From assembly GCA_938039145.1 (NCBI GenBank), contig CALHVG010000036.1:23251-87250 (forward strand): a stretch of 64,000 bases of DNA, read 5' to 3'. Source of the stretch: an uncultured Treponema sp. Its GTDB lineage: Bacteria > Spirochaetota > Spirochaetia > Treponematales > Treponemataceae. The stretch's first letter is position 1. Each line of letters opens with the position of its first letter. Below, piece by piece: positions 10,537 to 19,204 of this stretch. The notes beneath the pieces are model-generated. The model was not told where the DNA came from. It searched no databases and saw only the letters and a list, made by a program, of their open reading frames with translations. Position numbers and translations under genes: made by a program.

Positions 10537-10809
10537 CTATTCAACCACTGCAATGATGTCGCTGATTTTTACAATCAGATGGTCTTCGCCGTCGATTTTT
10601 ACCTGAGTTCCGGAATACTTGTCGTACATGATTCTGTCACCCGGCTTTACGGTGATTTTTTCGTCTTCGGTTCCGGGCCCTACCGCCACAACTACGGCTG
10701 TCTGCGTCTTTTCCTGAGCCGCCTCCGGAATGAAAATTCCCGACGCTGTTTTTGTTTCTGCCTGGTCATTTTTGACCAGCACTCTGTCTGCCAATGGTTT
10801 GACTTTCAT
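10537..10809 (-). CDS. groES: Co-chaperonin GroES; no groEL adjacent
   Basis: MKVKPLADRVLVK..ETKTASGIFIP..VVAVGPG..GDRIMYDKYSGTQV. Confidence 0.93.
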   Translation of the reverse strand: MKVKPLADRVLVKNDQAETKTASGIFIPEAAQEKTQTAVVVAVGPGTEDEKITVKPGDRIMYDKYSGTQVKIDGEDHLIVKISDIIAVVE

Positions 10810-10864
10810 CTATTTACTCCTGAAATAGTTTTGTTTTGACTTGAGAGAATTTTCTCTGGATTAA

Positions 10865-10893
10865 ATATAAGAAGGATTCCCGCTTGTAGTCAA
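10865..10893 (-). promoter_or_regulatory. Putative sigma-70-type promoter of groES
   Basis: On the minus strand: TTGACT, 17-nt spacer, TTATAT, about 55 nt upstream of the ATG. Confidence 0.4.
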
Positions 10894-10973
10894 ATAAATT
10901 TAATCATTCTGACATAAAATGTCTACGCCTTTTTAGGGGAATTTTTACTCGTCGGGGGCGGAATCAAAAAATG

Positions 10974-10996
10974 ACGGGTAAAAATTACCCGTTTTT
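10974..10996. terminator. Orphan terminator-like hairpin between divergent promoters
   Basis: 8-bp stem acgggtaa/ttacccgt with a 3-nt loop. It is flanked by an A-run on the left and a T-run on the right, so it could act in either direction. Confidence 0.4.
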
Positions 10997-11008
10997 GTGA
11001 AGGCGATT

Positions 11009-11205
11009 GCATTTTTTTAATTATAGAGGCGCCGGCGCAGGCGTGCAGCAGTGCGAAGCAGGATATGGCAGGCATTTTTACAAGAATATGCACCTTTTTG
11101 GAGGAAAAATGCTTTTTTATCGTTTATGCCTGCCATAGACCGAGCCTTCGGCGGGCTGCGGAAGGCATGTGGGAGGATGAAATTCGCCCCTAAAATGATA
11201 AAAAG
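11009..11205. repeat. GC-rich intergenic element, copy 1 (related to 18943-19069)
   Basis: Shares ordered blocks with copy 2: gcatttttt, agaggcgc, tcgcccct, tgataaaaag. Confidence 0.4.
11064..11137. repeat. 74-bp palindromic unit (12-bp perfect arms, 50-nt spacer)
   Basis: tatggcaggcat (11064-11075) pairs with atgcctgccata (11126-11137). Confidence 0.85.
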
Positions 11206-11206
11206 T

Positions 11207-11221
11207 TGGCACGCGAATTGC
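11207..11221 (+). promoter_or_regulatory. Sigma-54 (-24/-12) type promoter
   Basis: TGGCACG-cgaa-TTGC matches the consensus TGGCACG-N4-TTGC with exact spacing. It lies 38 nt upstream of ATG 11259. Confidence 0.6.
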
Positions 11222-11258
11222 TTGAATATACATATAAGTTTTGCTTCCGGAGGTTTTT

Positions 11259-12089
11259 ATGAAGGACGAAAGTGTTTTGGGAATGTACTTGAAGGAAATT
11301 AATAAAATCCCGCTGTTGACCAGAGAAGAGGAAAATGAACTTGCTCTTCGTGCGAAAAATGGCGACAAATCCGCAAGGGACAAAATTGTTAGAGCGAATC
11401 TTAGGTTTGTGGTGAATGTTTCGAAAAAATATCAGGGACGCGGGCTTGATTTGACTGACCTTATAAGCGAAGGAAATATAGGACTTTTGAATGCCATAGA
11501 AAGATTTGATGTTAACCGAGGATTTCATTTTATTTCGTATGCGGTTTGGTGGATTCGCCAGAGCATTTTGAAGGCTATCGGAGAAAAGGGAAGGGCGATA
11601 AGGCTTCCTTCTAACAGGGCGAACGAACTTGCCAAAATTGAAGGCGCAAGAAAATCAATCGCGGGAAACAAATCCGAGGATCAGGAATTTGAGGAAGTTG
11701 CGGAAATGCTCCATATGGATAAAGTTCATGTTAGGGAGATGATTTATATTTCAAGGGAGATGGCAAGCCTTGATGCGCCTGTAGGCGGAGAAGCGGACGA
11801 CAGGACGTTCGGCGAATACATAGAAGACAGGAAAAATCTTCCTGAAAACGCCGTGATGGAAGAATCCATGCACGACGAGATTAATAAGGTTATAGACACC
11901 CTTCAGCCGAAAGAGGCGGCGATTCTAAAAATGAGGTACGGTATAGGCGTTGAAAAGCCTATGTCATTGCAGGAGATTGGAACTGTCTGCCACCTTACAA
12001 AGGAAAGGGTTCGTCAGATTGAGAATAGGGCTCTTGTTCGGCTTCGTCAGCCCCACCGTGCGGGTAGATTGTCCGTGTACGTTGCGTAG
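11259..12089 (+). CDS. Sigma-70-family RNA polymerase sigma factor (RpoS/SigA-like, 276 aa)
   Basis: Region 2: DLISEGNIGLLNAIERFD..FISYAVWWIRQSI. Region 4: LQEIGTVCHLTKERVRQIENRALVRLR. A GGAGG RBS sits 5 nt before ATG 11259; the listed ORF begins at TTG 11241. Confidence 0.85.
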   Translation: MKDESVLGMYLKEINKIPLLTREEENELALRAKNGDKSARDKIVRANLRFVVNVSKKYQGRGLDLTDLISEGNIGLLNAIERFDVNRGFHFISYAVWWIRQSILKAIGEKGRAIRLPSNRANELAKIEGARKSIAGNKSEDQEFEEVAEMLHMDKVHVREMIYISREMASLDAPVGGEADDRTFGEYIEDRKNLPENAVMEESMHDEINKVIDTLQPKEAAILKMRYGIGVEKPMSLQEIGTVCHLTKERVRQIENRALVRLRQPHRAGRLSVYVA

Positions 12090-14286
12090 GCGTGTGTTCT
12101 TTGTGCAGGTTCCGCACAAAATCGAAGGCATCGTATCTTGCTTTTTCCAGGATTTTTTTATCGCGTTCTAAGTCGGCTATGCCCAGTTCCAAGATTCCTG
12201 CCTGGGCGGTGCCGTTTATTTCGCCGGGCCCTCGGAGTTCAAGATCTTTTTCCGCAATGATAAATCCGTCGGTGTTTTGGCGAAGGACTTTCATCCGTTC
12301 TATTCCTTTTTCCGTTATTTTGTTTGAGTAGATTAAGTAGCAGAACGATTGTGCCGCTCCCCGTCCGACGCGGCCTCTGAGCTGGTGAAGTTGCGCCAAG
12401 CCGAATCTGTCCGCCTGTTCTATGACTATCGATGTTGCGTTCGGTATGTCTACGCCAACTTCGATGACCGTTGTTGCGGCTAGAATTTGAATCTTGCCTT
12501 CTTGGAATTCTTTTAGGATTCTGATTTGTTCTTCTTCGTCTATTTTTGAATGGAGCATTGCGGTGCGGAATTCTTTGTAAACTGTGCCTGAAAGTTTTTT
12601 GAATGCGTCCTGAACATTTTTGATTTCCGTTTCATGGTCGGCGTTTTCTATGGCGGGATAGACAAAATACGCTTGGCGACCCGCTTTCAGTTCTTTTCGG
12701 ACGGCTTCGTAGGCATTTGTTTCGTGGCCTTCCCGCACGAGGTATGTTTGGATTGGTTTACGTCCGCTTGGCATTGTTTTTATCGTGGAGACATCCAGGT
12801 CGCCGAAAACTGTGAGCGCATGCGTCTGCGGAATGGGGGTTGCGCTCATCATTAGGAGATGCGGTTCGTATGAGGTGATAGAGTTTAGTTTGTTTTCCGT
12901 CTGCCGGCCTTTGTTCACGATTGATTCGCGCTGAACCACGCCAAAACGGTGCTGTTCGTCGATGACTGCGAGCTGCAAATCTTTGTAGAGAACGTCTTTT
13001 GAAAAAAGTGCGTGCGTCCCAATAACTATGTCGATTCTGCCTTCTTTAAGTTCCCTGAGAAGTGCCGTTCTTCCTGCCGCTTTTATGTTTCCGGTCAAGA
13101 ATGCGACTTTTATTCCCAGCGGAACAAGAAGAAAGGCGGCGTTTTCTGCGTGCTGGCGAGCCAGTATTTCGGTTGGCGCCATGATTGCGCATTGTCCCGA
13201 CCAGTTTATGATTCTTAGGCAGGCAAAAAAGGCGACAAGCGTTTTTCCGGAACCGACATCGCCTTGCAAAAGCCGCTGCATTGTGAAGGGGACTATTTCT
13301 GTTTCTTTTCCCAAGATGAGCTGATTTCGTTCAAGGTAGCCTTTGTCTATGTCCTTGTTCATCTGTTCGATTACAGATTTTTGGTCTTTGGTCAGGCTGA
13401 AGCCAAGCCGATTGTGAAGTTCTCGTTGTAGTGGGGAAAGGTTTTCTGCAAACGAGTCGATTTCCGCTTGGCTTTCCTGGTTTTGAGAATCTTCACAAAT
13501 CTTTTGAAAGTCGCTCGGTTCTTCGGGAAAATCAAGGGCTGCATCCGGAACTTGTCCTTTGTGTCTGTATGCGCGTTCTGCCATGCTTCGCTGGAAATTG
13601 AAAAGTTCTTCGTAAACCAAGGATTTCCGTGCGTTTTGAATTTGTGAGATTTCTTCTGGAATATGGATGTATTTTAGCGAGTCTGTTTTTGAAAGAAGGT
13701 TTCGTTTTTTTTCGATGTCGGGCGGCACTTCGGAAACGATTCCTTTGTTGTATTTTGTAAGCGCCTGTTTTACCGCCTTTCGCACGGCGGTTTGCGAAAG
13801 CCCTTTTGTAAGCGAATATATCGGAAAAATCATGGAATCGGGGAGAGGGGTGTCTTTAAAGTCTTCGAGAAGTCCGTGGTCGGAAAGTTTTATCGCCTCG
13901 AATGAGGAACATTGAAGTGTTCCGTATTTTGACTGAAATTGCCCTGTCAATGCGATTATGCTTCCTGCAGGATAATTTTTCTGCAAAAACGGACGGTTGA
14001 AGCATATCAGTTCCGCATCGGAAGTTTCGTCGCATATTTTCATTTTCAGCGTTTTCATTGCGCCGTAGCCGAACCATTCATGCGAAATGACCTTGGCTAT
14101 CGTGTGGACTTTTTCGTTCATGAAATTGGAAAGCGGATTTTTTTTCCGGCGATCCTCGTAACTTTTCGGGTAGAACTTCAAAAGGTCGCCCACGGTAAAT
14201 ATGTTCAGTTTTGCGAACAGTTTTTCCTGAGCCTGTCCGATTCCGGAAAGCGAGGTTATAGGCGATTTTATGTCATCCAGTCTCAT
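11995..14286 (-). CDS. recG: ATP-dependent DNA helicase RecG
   Basis: GDVGSGKT, VIDEQHRFG, SATPIPQT, RGRVGRG. The N-terminal wedge-like region begins LSGIGQAQEKLFAKL. Confidence 0.92.
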   Translation of the reverse strand: MRLDDIKSPITSLSGIGQAQEKLFAKLNIFTVGDLLKFYPKSYEDRRKKNPLSNFMNEKVHTIAKVISHEWFGYGAMKTLKMKICDETSDAELICFNRPFLQKNYPAGSIIALTGQFQSKYGTLQCSSFEAIKLSDHGLLEDFKDTPLPDSMIFPIYSLTKGLSQTAVRKAVKQALTKYNKGIVSEVPPDIEKKRNLLSKTDSLKYIHIPEEISQIQNARKSLVYEELFNFQRSMAERAYRHKGQVPDAALDFPEEPSDFQKICEDSQNQESQAEIDSFAENLSPLQRELHNRLGFSLTKDQKSVIEQMNKDIDKGYLERNQLILGKETEIVPFTMQRLLQGDVGSGKTLVAFFACLRIINWSGQCAIMAPTEILARQHAENAAFLLVPLGIKVAFLTGNIKAAGRTALLRELKEGRIDIVIGTHALFSKDVLYKDLQLAVIDEQHRFGVVQRESIVNKGRQTENKLNSITSYEPHLLMMSATPIPQTHALTVFGDLDVSTIKTMPSGRKPIQTYLVREGHETNAYEAVRKELKAGRQAYFVYPAIENADHETEIKNVQDAFKKLSGTVYKEFRTAMLHSKIDEEEQIRILKEFQEGKIQILAATTVIEVGVDIPNATSIVIEQADRFGLAQLHQLRGRVGRGAAQSFCYLIYSNKITEKGIERMKVLRQNTDGFIIAEKDLELRGPGEINGTAQAGILELGIADLERDKKILEKARYDAFDFVRNLHKEHTPTQRTRTIYPHGGADEAEQEPYSQSDEPFPL

Positions 14287-14289
14287 CTG

Positions 14290-14871
14290 CTAGAACGGAA
14301 GAAGGATTATGAGTTCGATGATTTTGGCGGTGAGTATTTGCCCTAAAACAAGAAGGACGCACAGCATTATTGTGGATATTATCAACGCCGTCTTGTAGCT
14401 TATGTTTTTTCCTCTTGAGAACGGGCGGGACAATTTGAAAACTAGCGGATTCAGGGCGTTGTCGAATCTTACCCATGGTGAATTGTAATAGTTGGATTTT
14501 TTTGAGAACACCATCACCAAAAGCCGGACCAAAAGCGCGATGAAAAGAATAAGCGCTATCGACGAGAAGACAGCCCATACAAGGCTTACAAGATTTGCTA
14601 AAATTCCTCCGACATATATGCTTCCTGTGGCGGCTATGTTCTTTAAAAGCGAGGTCAAAACGCCGATTGAAAGCATCGGGGTAAAATCAAGTCCGCCGAT
14701 TCTCAGAGGAATCCTTGAAAAAAGGTTCAGCCACGGATCGCATATGGCGGAAAGAAACTGCCCGATTGAGGAATAGTTCAGCTGAGGAATCCACGTAAAA
14801 ATGATTCTTACAAAACATATCGTTGTGTAAAGCGAGACAGTTGCAGAAAGCAGATTGAACAATGTTTGCAT
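14290..14871 (-). CDS. YggT-family integral membrane protein
   Basis: Polytopic, with a YggT-like segment FVRIIFTWIPQ..ICDPWLNLFSRIPLRIGGLDFTPM. It sits 3 nt upstream of recG. Confidence 0.7.
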   Translation of the reverse strand: MQTLFNLLSATVSLYTTICFVRIIFTWIPQLNYSSIGQFLSAICDPWLNLFSRIPLRIGGLDFTPMLSIGVLTSLLKNIAATGSIYVGGILANLVSLVWAVFSSIALILFIALLVRLLVMVFSKKSNYYNSPWVRFDNALNPLVFKLSRPFSRGKNISYKTALIISTIMLCVLLVLGQILTAKIIELIILLPF

Positions 14872-14913
14872 ATATTCTCCGTGTGTTTGCGTGGCAAACC
14901 GTTTGTTAAAGTG

Positions 14914-17900
14914 TTACGCCGTCCAGACTTTGTTCACTAGCGGCATATCCGAAAGGCGGCTTAGTGTGTCCGCATCTGAGGCGACAAGAAGCTGCCGGTT
15001 TCCTTTTACTATATATGGTCCTTGGGAAGTCATTAAATGAAAATATACTGAACAATTGCCCGTCTTTTCAAATAAAAATTCCTTTATTTCGCCAAGAGCC
15101 TTTTCGTTGTGGAATGAACTTTCGATGTCTATGTGGATTTCCTGTATGGATTTTTCTTTCAACGAGCCGATGTCCTCGACGCTTTCAACGATGAACGAAG
15201 GCTGGGAATCGTCGTTTCTGTCGCTTGCCTGCGCTTTTCCTTTGAACGCATATATCGCCTGGTCGGTGATTTTTCTATAAAGGCCTTCTTTTGAAATCTG
15301 GTTTGTGTTTTTGTCGAGTTTGTCGTTCCATACGCTAGGGAAAAACGTCAGTTCCATGTCTCCGCCGTAGTCTTGGAGTTTTGCGAACGCCATTTCCGGT
15401 CCTTCCCCTTTTTTGGTGCGGAATGTTTTTAGGTCGTGAAGGAATCCCAATATCGTGTGCGTTTTTCCTGCGTTCCTGTTTGCCCACATATTCGCTCCGC
15501 TGGCTTGCATGGCAGCTTTTTCTGCGGCGGATTCCTGCGCAGCCCTTGCGATGTCGCTTGAAGTCAATGTCACGCAGTTTTTTATTACGCTTTCATAATC
15601 GTCAAGCGGATGTCCTGAAACGTAGCAACCGATTACTTCCATCTCAAGATTAAGTTTTTCCATGGTGGGAAGGTCGGGAACTTCCTTGAATTCAAAGTCT
15701 GCGTAGACTTTTTCATCCGTTTCTCCGAAAAGGTCTCCCTGTCCGTTGTCCGTTCCGTTGTTTTTGTCGTTCACGTATTTCATGGCTTCCTGCATGTTAA
15801 GAAGGAGCGTGGGTCTGTTTAGTCCGAGTTTGTCGAATGCGCCTGTTTTTATGCAGACTTCAACGGTTTTTGCGTTCACAATGGATTTTTTTATGCGCCG
15901 ACCTTCGCGGTCTTCGGGGAGCGTTTCCTGAATCGGAAGGCAGCGTTCAAGAAAATCCATGAAAGATTTGTAATGACCGTTTGCCTCTCTTTCCCGAACG
16001 ATTGCGTCGGCGGCTTCTTTTCCCATTCCCTTCATTCCCCGGAAGGCAAAAATCACTTTATCGTCCACGGCATCAAATTCCGAATAGGACTGGTTTATGT
16101 CGGGCGGAAGGACGTTAAGCCCCATGCGTTTTGCCTCTGCTATGTATTGCGGAACGCCGTCCGTGGATGTAAGTTCGTTTGTGAGGTTCGCCGCCATGAA
16201 TGCTGCAGGATAATGGCATTTGAGCCAGCCTGTCCTGTAGGCAAGCACGGTGTAGGCGGCGGCGTGCGATTTATTGAATCCGTAGCCTGCAAAAGGAATC
16301 ATTATCTCAAAGATATCCGAGGCGTGTTGCTCCGTGAAGCCCTGTTTCATTGCGCCTTCGATGAACTCTTTCTTTTTTCCCATAAGGACTTCGGGTTTCT
16401 TTTTACCCATTGCCCTGCGAAGCATATCCGCTCCGCCAAGTGAAAATCCTGCAATCTTTTGGGAAACCTGCATTACCTGTTCCTGATAGACCATTACTCC
16501 GTAGGTTTCTTTTAGAAGACCTTCAAGGCATTCATCAGGATAGTGGATTGTCTCGGGCTTCCATTTTCCGTCGATGTATTGGGGAATGTAGTCCATCGGA
16601 CCGGGGCGATAGAGCGCGTTCAACGCCACAAGTTCTTCGATGCAGCGAGGCTTTACCTGCCTTAGGATTTTTTGCATTCCCGGCGACTCGAACTGGAAGA
16701 CCGCAACCGAATCGCCCTTGTCAAAGAGGTCGAATGTTTCTTCGTCGGTTTCGCTTATGTCCGCTATGCTGAATTTCGGTTCATCGGGGCGTTTATGCCT
16801 GTTTATGATGTCCTCGGCGTAACGGATAAGGGAAAGTGTTTTTAGACCGAGATAGTCGAACTTTACAAGTCCGCACGGCTCGATTATGTCCATCGTGTAT
16901 TGTACGGCGACTTCACCGGTCTTGGAATCCTTGAATACGGGTGCCCAGTTTGGAAGCTCAGTAAGTCCGATAACCATTCCCGATGCATGAAGTCCCGTGT
17001 TCCTGTTCATTCCTTCCAGTTTCTTGCAGAGCCGCATCCAGCGTTCGAAAACTTGCGGTTGAAGTCCTATGGTTCCCATGGGGTCTTGCGCTATCGGAAT
17101 CAATTGACCGCCGTCAGGGAATTTTTCGTTTGCGGGCTCAAGAGCGTTCTTGAGTTTTGCTTTTAGGTTTTCGGGAATGCACGCCTTCACCTTGTTCACT
17201 GTCGCAAGCGGAATGTTCAGAACTCTTGCCACATCTGCAAGGCAGTTTTTGGGTTTTAGAGTTCCGAACGTTACGATATGACCTACCTGCGGATCTCCGT
17301 ACAAATCCCTTGTGTGCTGTATTATGTCCTGCCGATAATCGAAGTCCATGTCAACGTCAAAGTCCGGCATGGAAACTCGTTCAGGGTTCAGAAATCGTTC
17401 AAAAATCAGGTTGAAACGGAACGGGTCTATGTCCGTTATTCCCATTGCGTAGGCGACAAGAGAACCCGCTCCTGAGCCTCTTCCGGGGCCTATTGGAATG
17501 TACGGTTTTTCTTTTTTGTTCACTTCGTCCCATGTGGATTTAGACCAGTTTATGAACTCCCACACAATCAGAAAATATCCGGAAAAGCCCATGTTGAAGA
17601 TTATTCCAAGTTCATAGTCGGCTCGGTCTCTGATTTCCTGCGTTATTTCGGGATAACGATTTTTGAGACCTTCATCCACAATGTGGCGGACAAAATCGTC
17701 CTGGTTTTTTGCGTAGTCGTCGTGTTTTCTGAAATTTTCGGGAAGTTCGAAGCGAGGAAGACAGTCTTTCAGTTCGGTTGTGGAATACTGGTGAATCGTG
17801 AGGTTACACATGTCTGCGATTTTTACAGTGTTCTCGTATGCCTCCGGAATGTCCGGGAACAGAAGCCGCATCTCTTCCTCGGACTTGAAATACCATTCGG

Positions 17901-18693
17901 AAAGTCTGTTCTGCCCTCCCATGCTTTTTGTGCTGCTTTCAGGATCGTCAAGGAGGGTCTTTCTTGCGATGCAGTTCAGGGTGAGCTGAGCCTCGGAATC
18001 CTCTTTGTCTATGTAGTGGATGTCGTTCGTTACTACAAGCGGAATGTCGAGCTTTCGGGCGATTTTTATCATTCCTTCTGCTGCGATTTTTTCTTCGGGA
18101 AGCCCGTGGTTTTGAATCTCGATGTAATAATGATCCGGCCCGAAAAGTTCTTTGTAGCGGCGGGCGACCTCTTCGGCATCTTCCATGTTGCCGTTCAGAA
18201 CCGCTTGCGGAAGTTCGCCGGCTACACATGCGGAAAGACAGATTATTCCTTCGTGGTACTCCTTGAGCATCTCGAAATCTATACGAGGTCTTCCGTAGTA
18301 GAGCGCTCCTTCATCGCAGAACGCGCGGGAGTTCAGCCAGCACATATTCTTGTATCCGATTTCGTTTTCGCAAAGAAGAATCAGGTGATAGTTGTGCTTT
18401 CCGTATCTTGTGTTCTGCTTTTTTGTATGGTCTTCAGTGGCGTAGAATTCGCATCCGACGATTGGATTTATGCCGTTCGCATGGCACAGGTGCTCAAAGT
18501 TCAGTACACCGAACATATTTCCGTGGTCTGTAAGGGCGAGGGCTTTCATGTTCAGTTGTTTTGCCCTTTTTACAAGCGAGTCGAGTTTTGCGCAGCCGTC
18601 CAAAAGCGAATAGTCCGAATGGACGTGAAGGTGGACAAAGTTAGACGGCGGCGTGCCTTCAGGGGCGGGGTCAAATACATGAATGTCAGCCAT
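14914..18693 (-). CDS. dnaE: DNA polymerase III alpha subunit
   Basis: PHP domain HLHVHSDYSLLDG. The 1259-aa protein has polymerase core and OB-fold regions typical of DnaE. Confidence 0.95.
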   Translation of the reverse strand: MADIHVFDPAPEGTPPSNFVHLHVHSDYSLLDGCAKLDSLVKRAKQLNMKALALTDHGNMFGVLNFEHLCHANGINPIVGCEFYATEDHTKKQNTRYGKHNYHLILLCENEIGYKNMCWLNSRAFCDEGALYYGRPRIDFEMLKEYHEGIICLSACVAGELPQAVLNGNMEDAEEVARRYKELFGPDHYYIEIQNHGLPEEKIAAEGMIKIARKLDIPLVVTNDIHYIDKEDSEAQLTLNCIARKTLLDDPESSTKSMGGQNRLSEWYFKSEEEMRLLFPDIPEAYENTVKIADMCNLTIHQYSTTELKDCLPRFELPENFRKHDDYAKNQDDFVRHIVDEGLKNRYPEITQEIRDRADYELGIIFNMGFSGYFLIVWEFINWSKSTWDEVNKKEKPYIPIGPGRGSGAGSLVAYAMGITDIDPFRFNLIFERFLNPERVSMPDFDVDMDFDYRQDIIQHTRDLYGDPQVGHIVTFGTLKPKNCLADVARVLNIPLATVNKVKACIPENLKAKLKNALEPANEKFPDGGQLIPIAQDPMGTIGLQPQVFERWMRLCKKLEGMNRNTGLHASGMVIGLTELPNWAPVFKDSKTGEVAVQYTMDIIEPCGLVKFDYLGLKTLSLIRYAEDIINRHKRPDEPKFSIADISETDEETFDLFDKGDSVAVFQFESPGMQKILRQVKPRCIEELVALNALYRPGPMDYIPQYIDGKWKPETIHYPDECLEGLLKETYGVMVYQEQVMQVSQKIAGFSLGGADMLRRAMGKKKPEVLMGKKKEFIEGAMKQGFTEQHASDIFEIMIPFAGYGFNKSHAAAYTVLAYRTGWLKCHYPAAFMAANLTNELTSTDGVPQYIAEAKRMGLNVLPPDINQSYSEFDAVDDKVIFAFRGMKGMGKEAADAIVREREANGHYKSFMDFLERCLPIQETLPEDREGRRIKKSIVNAKTVEVCIKTGAFDKLGLNRPTLLLNMQEAMKYVNDKNNGTDNGQGDLFGETDEKVYADFEFKEVPDLPTMEKLNLEMEVIGCYVSGHPLDDYESVIKNCVTLTSSDIARAAQESAAEKAAMQASGANMWANRNAGKTHTILGFLHDLKTFRTKKGEGPEMAFAKLQDYGGDMELTFFPSVWNDKLDKNTNQISKEGLYRKITDQAIYAFKGKAQASDRNDDSQPSFIVESVEDIGSLKEKSIQEIHIDIESSFHNEKALGEIKEFLFEKTGNCSVYFHLMTSQGPYIVKGNRQLLVASDADTLSRLSDMPLVNKVWTA

Positions 18694-18942
18694 ATAAAAA
18701 CCTCTGGATTATTTATAGGCATCCCGAAGAATTCGACGTGAGTGATTTTTCAAGATGCCGACGAATAGTAGTTTTTGCAGATTTTATGAATCGAAAACTA
18801 TCGAATCGGACTTCCAGCAGCTTTTATTTTATAGAAAAAGAAAGGCTTCCTCAATCGTGGCGAGGGGGGATTATGTTGTTTAAAATCGGTAAATCTGCCG
18901 AAGATGGCGGCGCATTTTTTTTGAGCGGGAATTGCGGGCGGC

Positions 18943-19069
18943 GCATTTTTTATGCGCAGGATTGGAGAGGCGCGCTTTGCGCGTTGCGGAGCCGAAGGCG
19001 CAGCAATGGAGCTGCCAGCGGAACCTCGTAAAGCCTGTTACGAGAAGCGCTCGCCCCTTTGATAAAAAG
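18943..19069. repeat. GC-rich intergenic element, copy 2 (related to 11009-11205)
   Basis: Same ordered blocks as copy 1. Rich in short perfect hairpins: gcgcat-tttt-atgcgc, gcagc-aatgga-gctgc, ctcgtaa-agcctg-ttacgag. Confidence 0.4.
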
Positions 19070-19102
19070 AAAAACGCATTTTGGTCTGTAATCCCATTTT
19101 TG

Positions 19103-19131
19103 TTGAAAAAAATGGTCTTTCACTTTATAGT
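19103..19131 (+). promoter_or_regulatory. Putative sigma-70-type promoter of the activase-fusion gene
   Basis: TTGAAA, 17-nt spacer, TATAGT. Confidence 0.35.
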
Positions 19132-19204
19132 CTTTTTAAGAAGTTTTGTTATTTTTATCATGCGAAGGGCAATTTTATCGCGAGATTAATTTTTGGGTGA
19201 CTTG

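Noticed and set aside
10844-10857. Looked for a CIRCE (HrcA) operator upstream of groES; found only the small palindrome agagaa-tt-ttctct in the 5' UTR.
   Set aside because: No TTAGCACTC-N9-GAGTGCTAA-like sequence is present. The 6-bp-arm palindrome is too short to support a call.
17683-18741. Long antisense ORFs: 352 aa opposite dnaE, plus 7479-8387, 44842-45639 (265 aa, covering almost the whole cytidylate-kinase-like gene), 50645-51220 and 63331-63939.
   Set aside because: Each lies fully inside a gene with clear family motifs on the other strand. Their translations are low-complexity F/R/K/C-rich with no recognisable motifs and no RBS. They are shadow ORFs.
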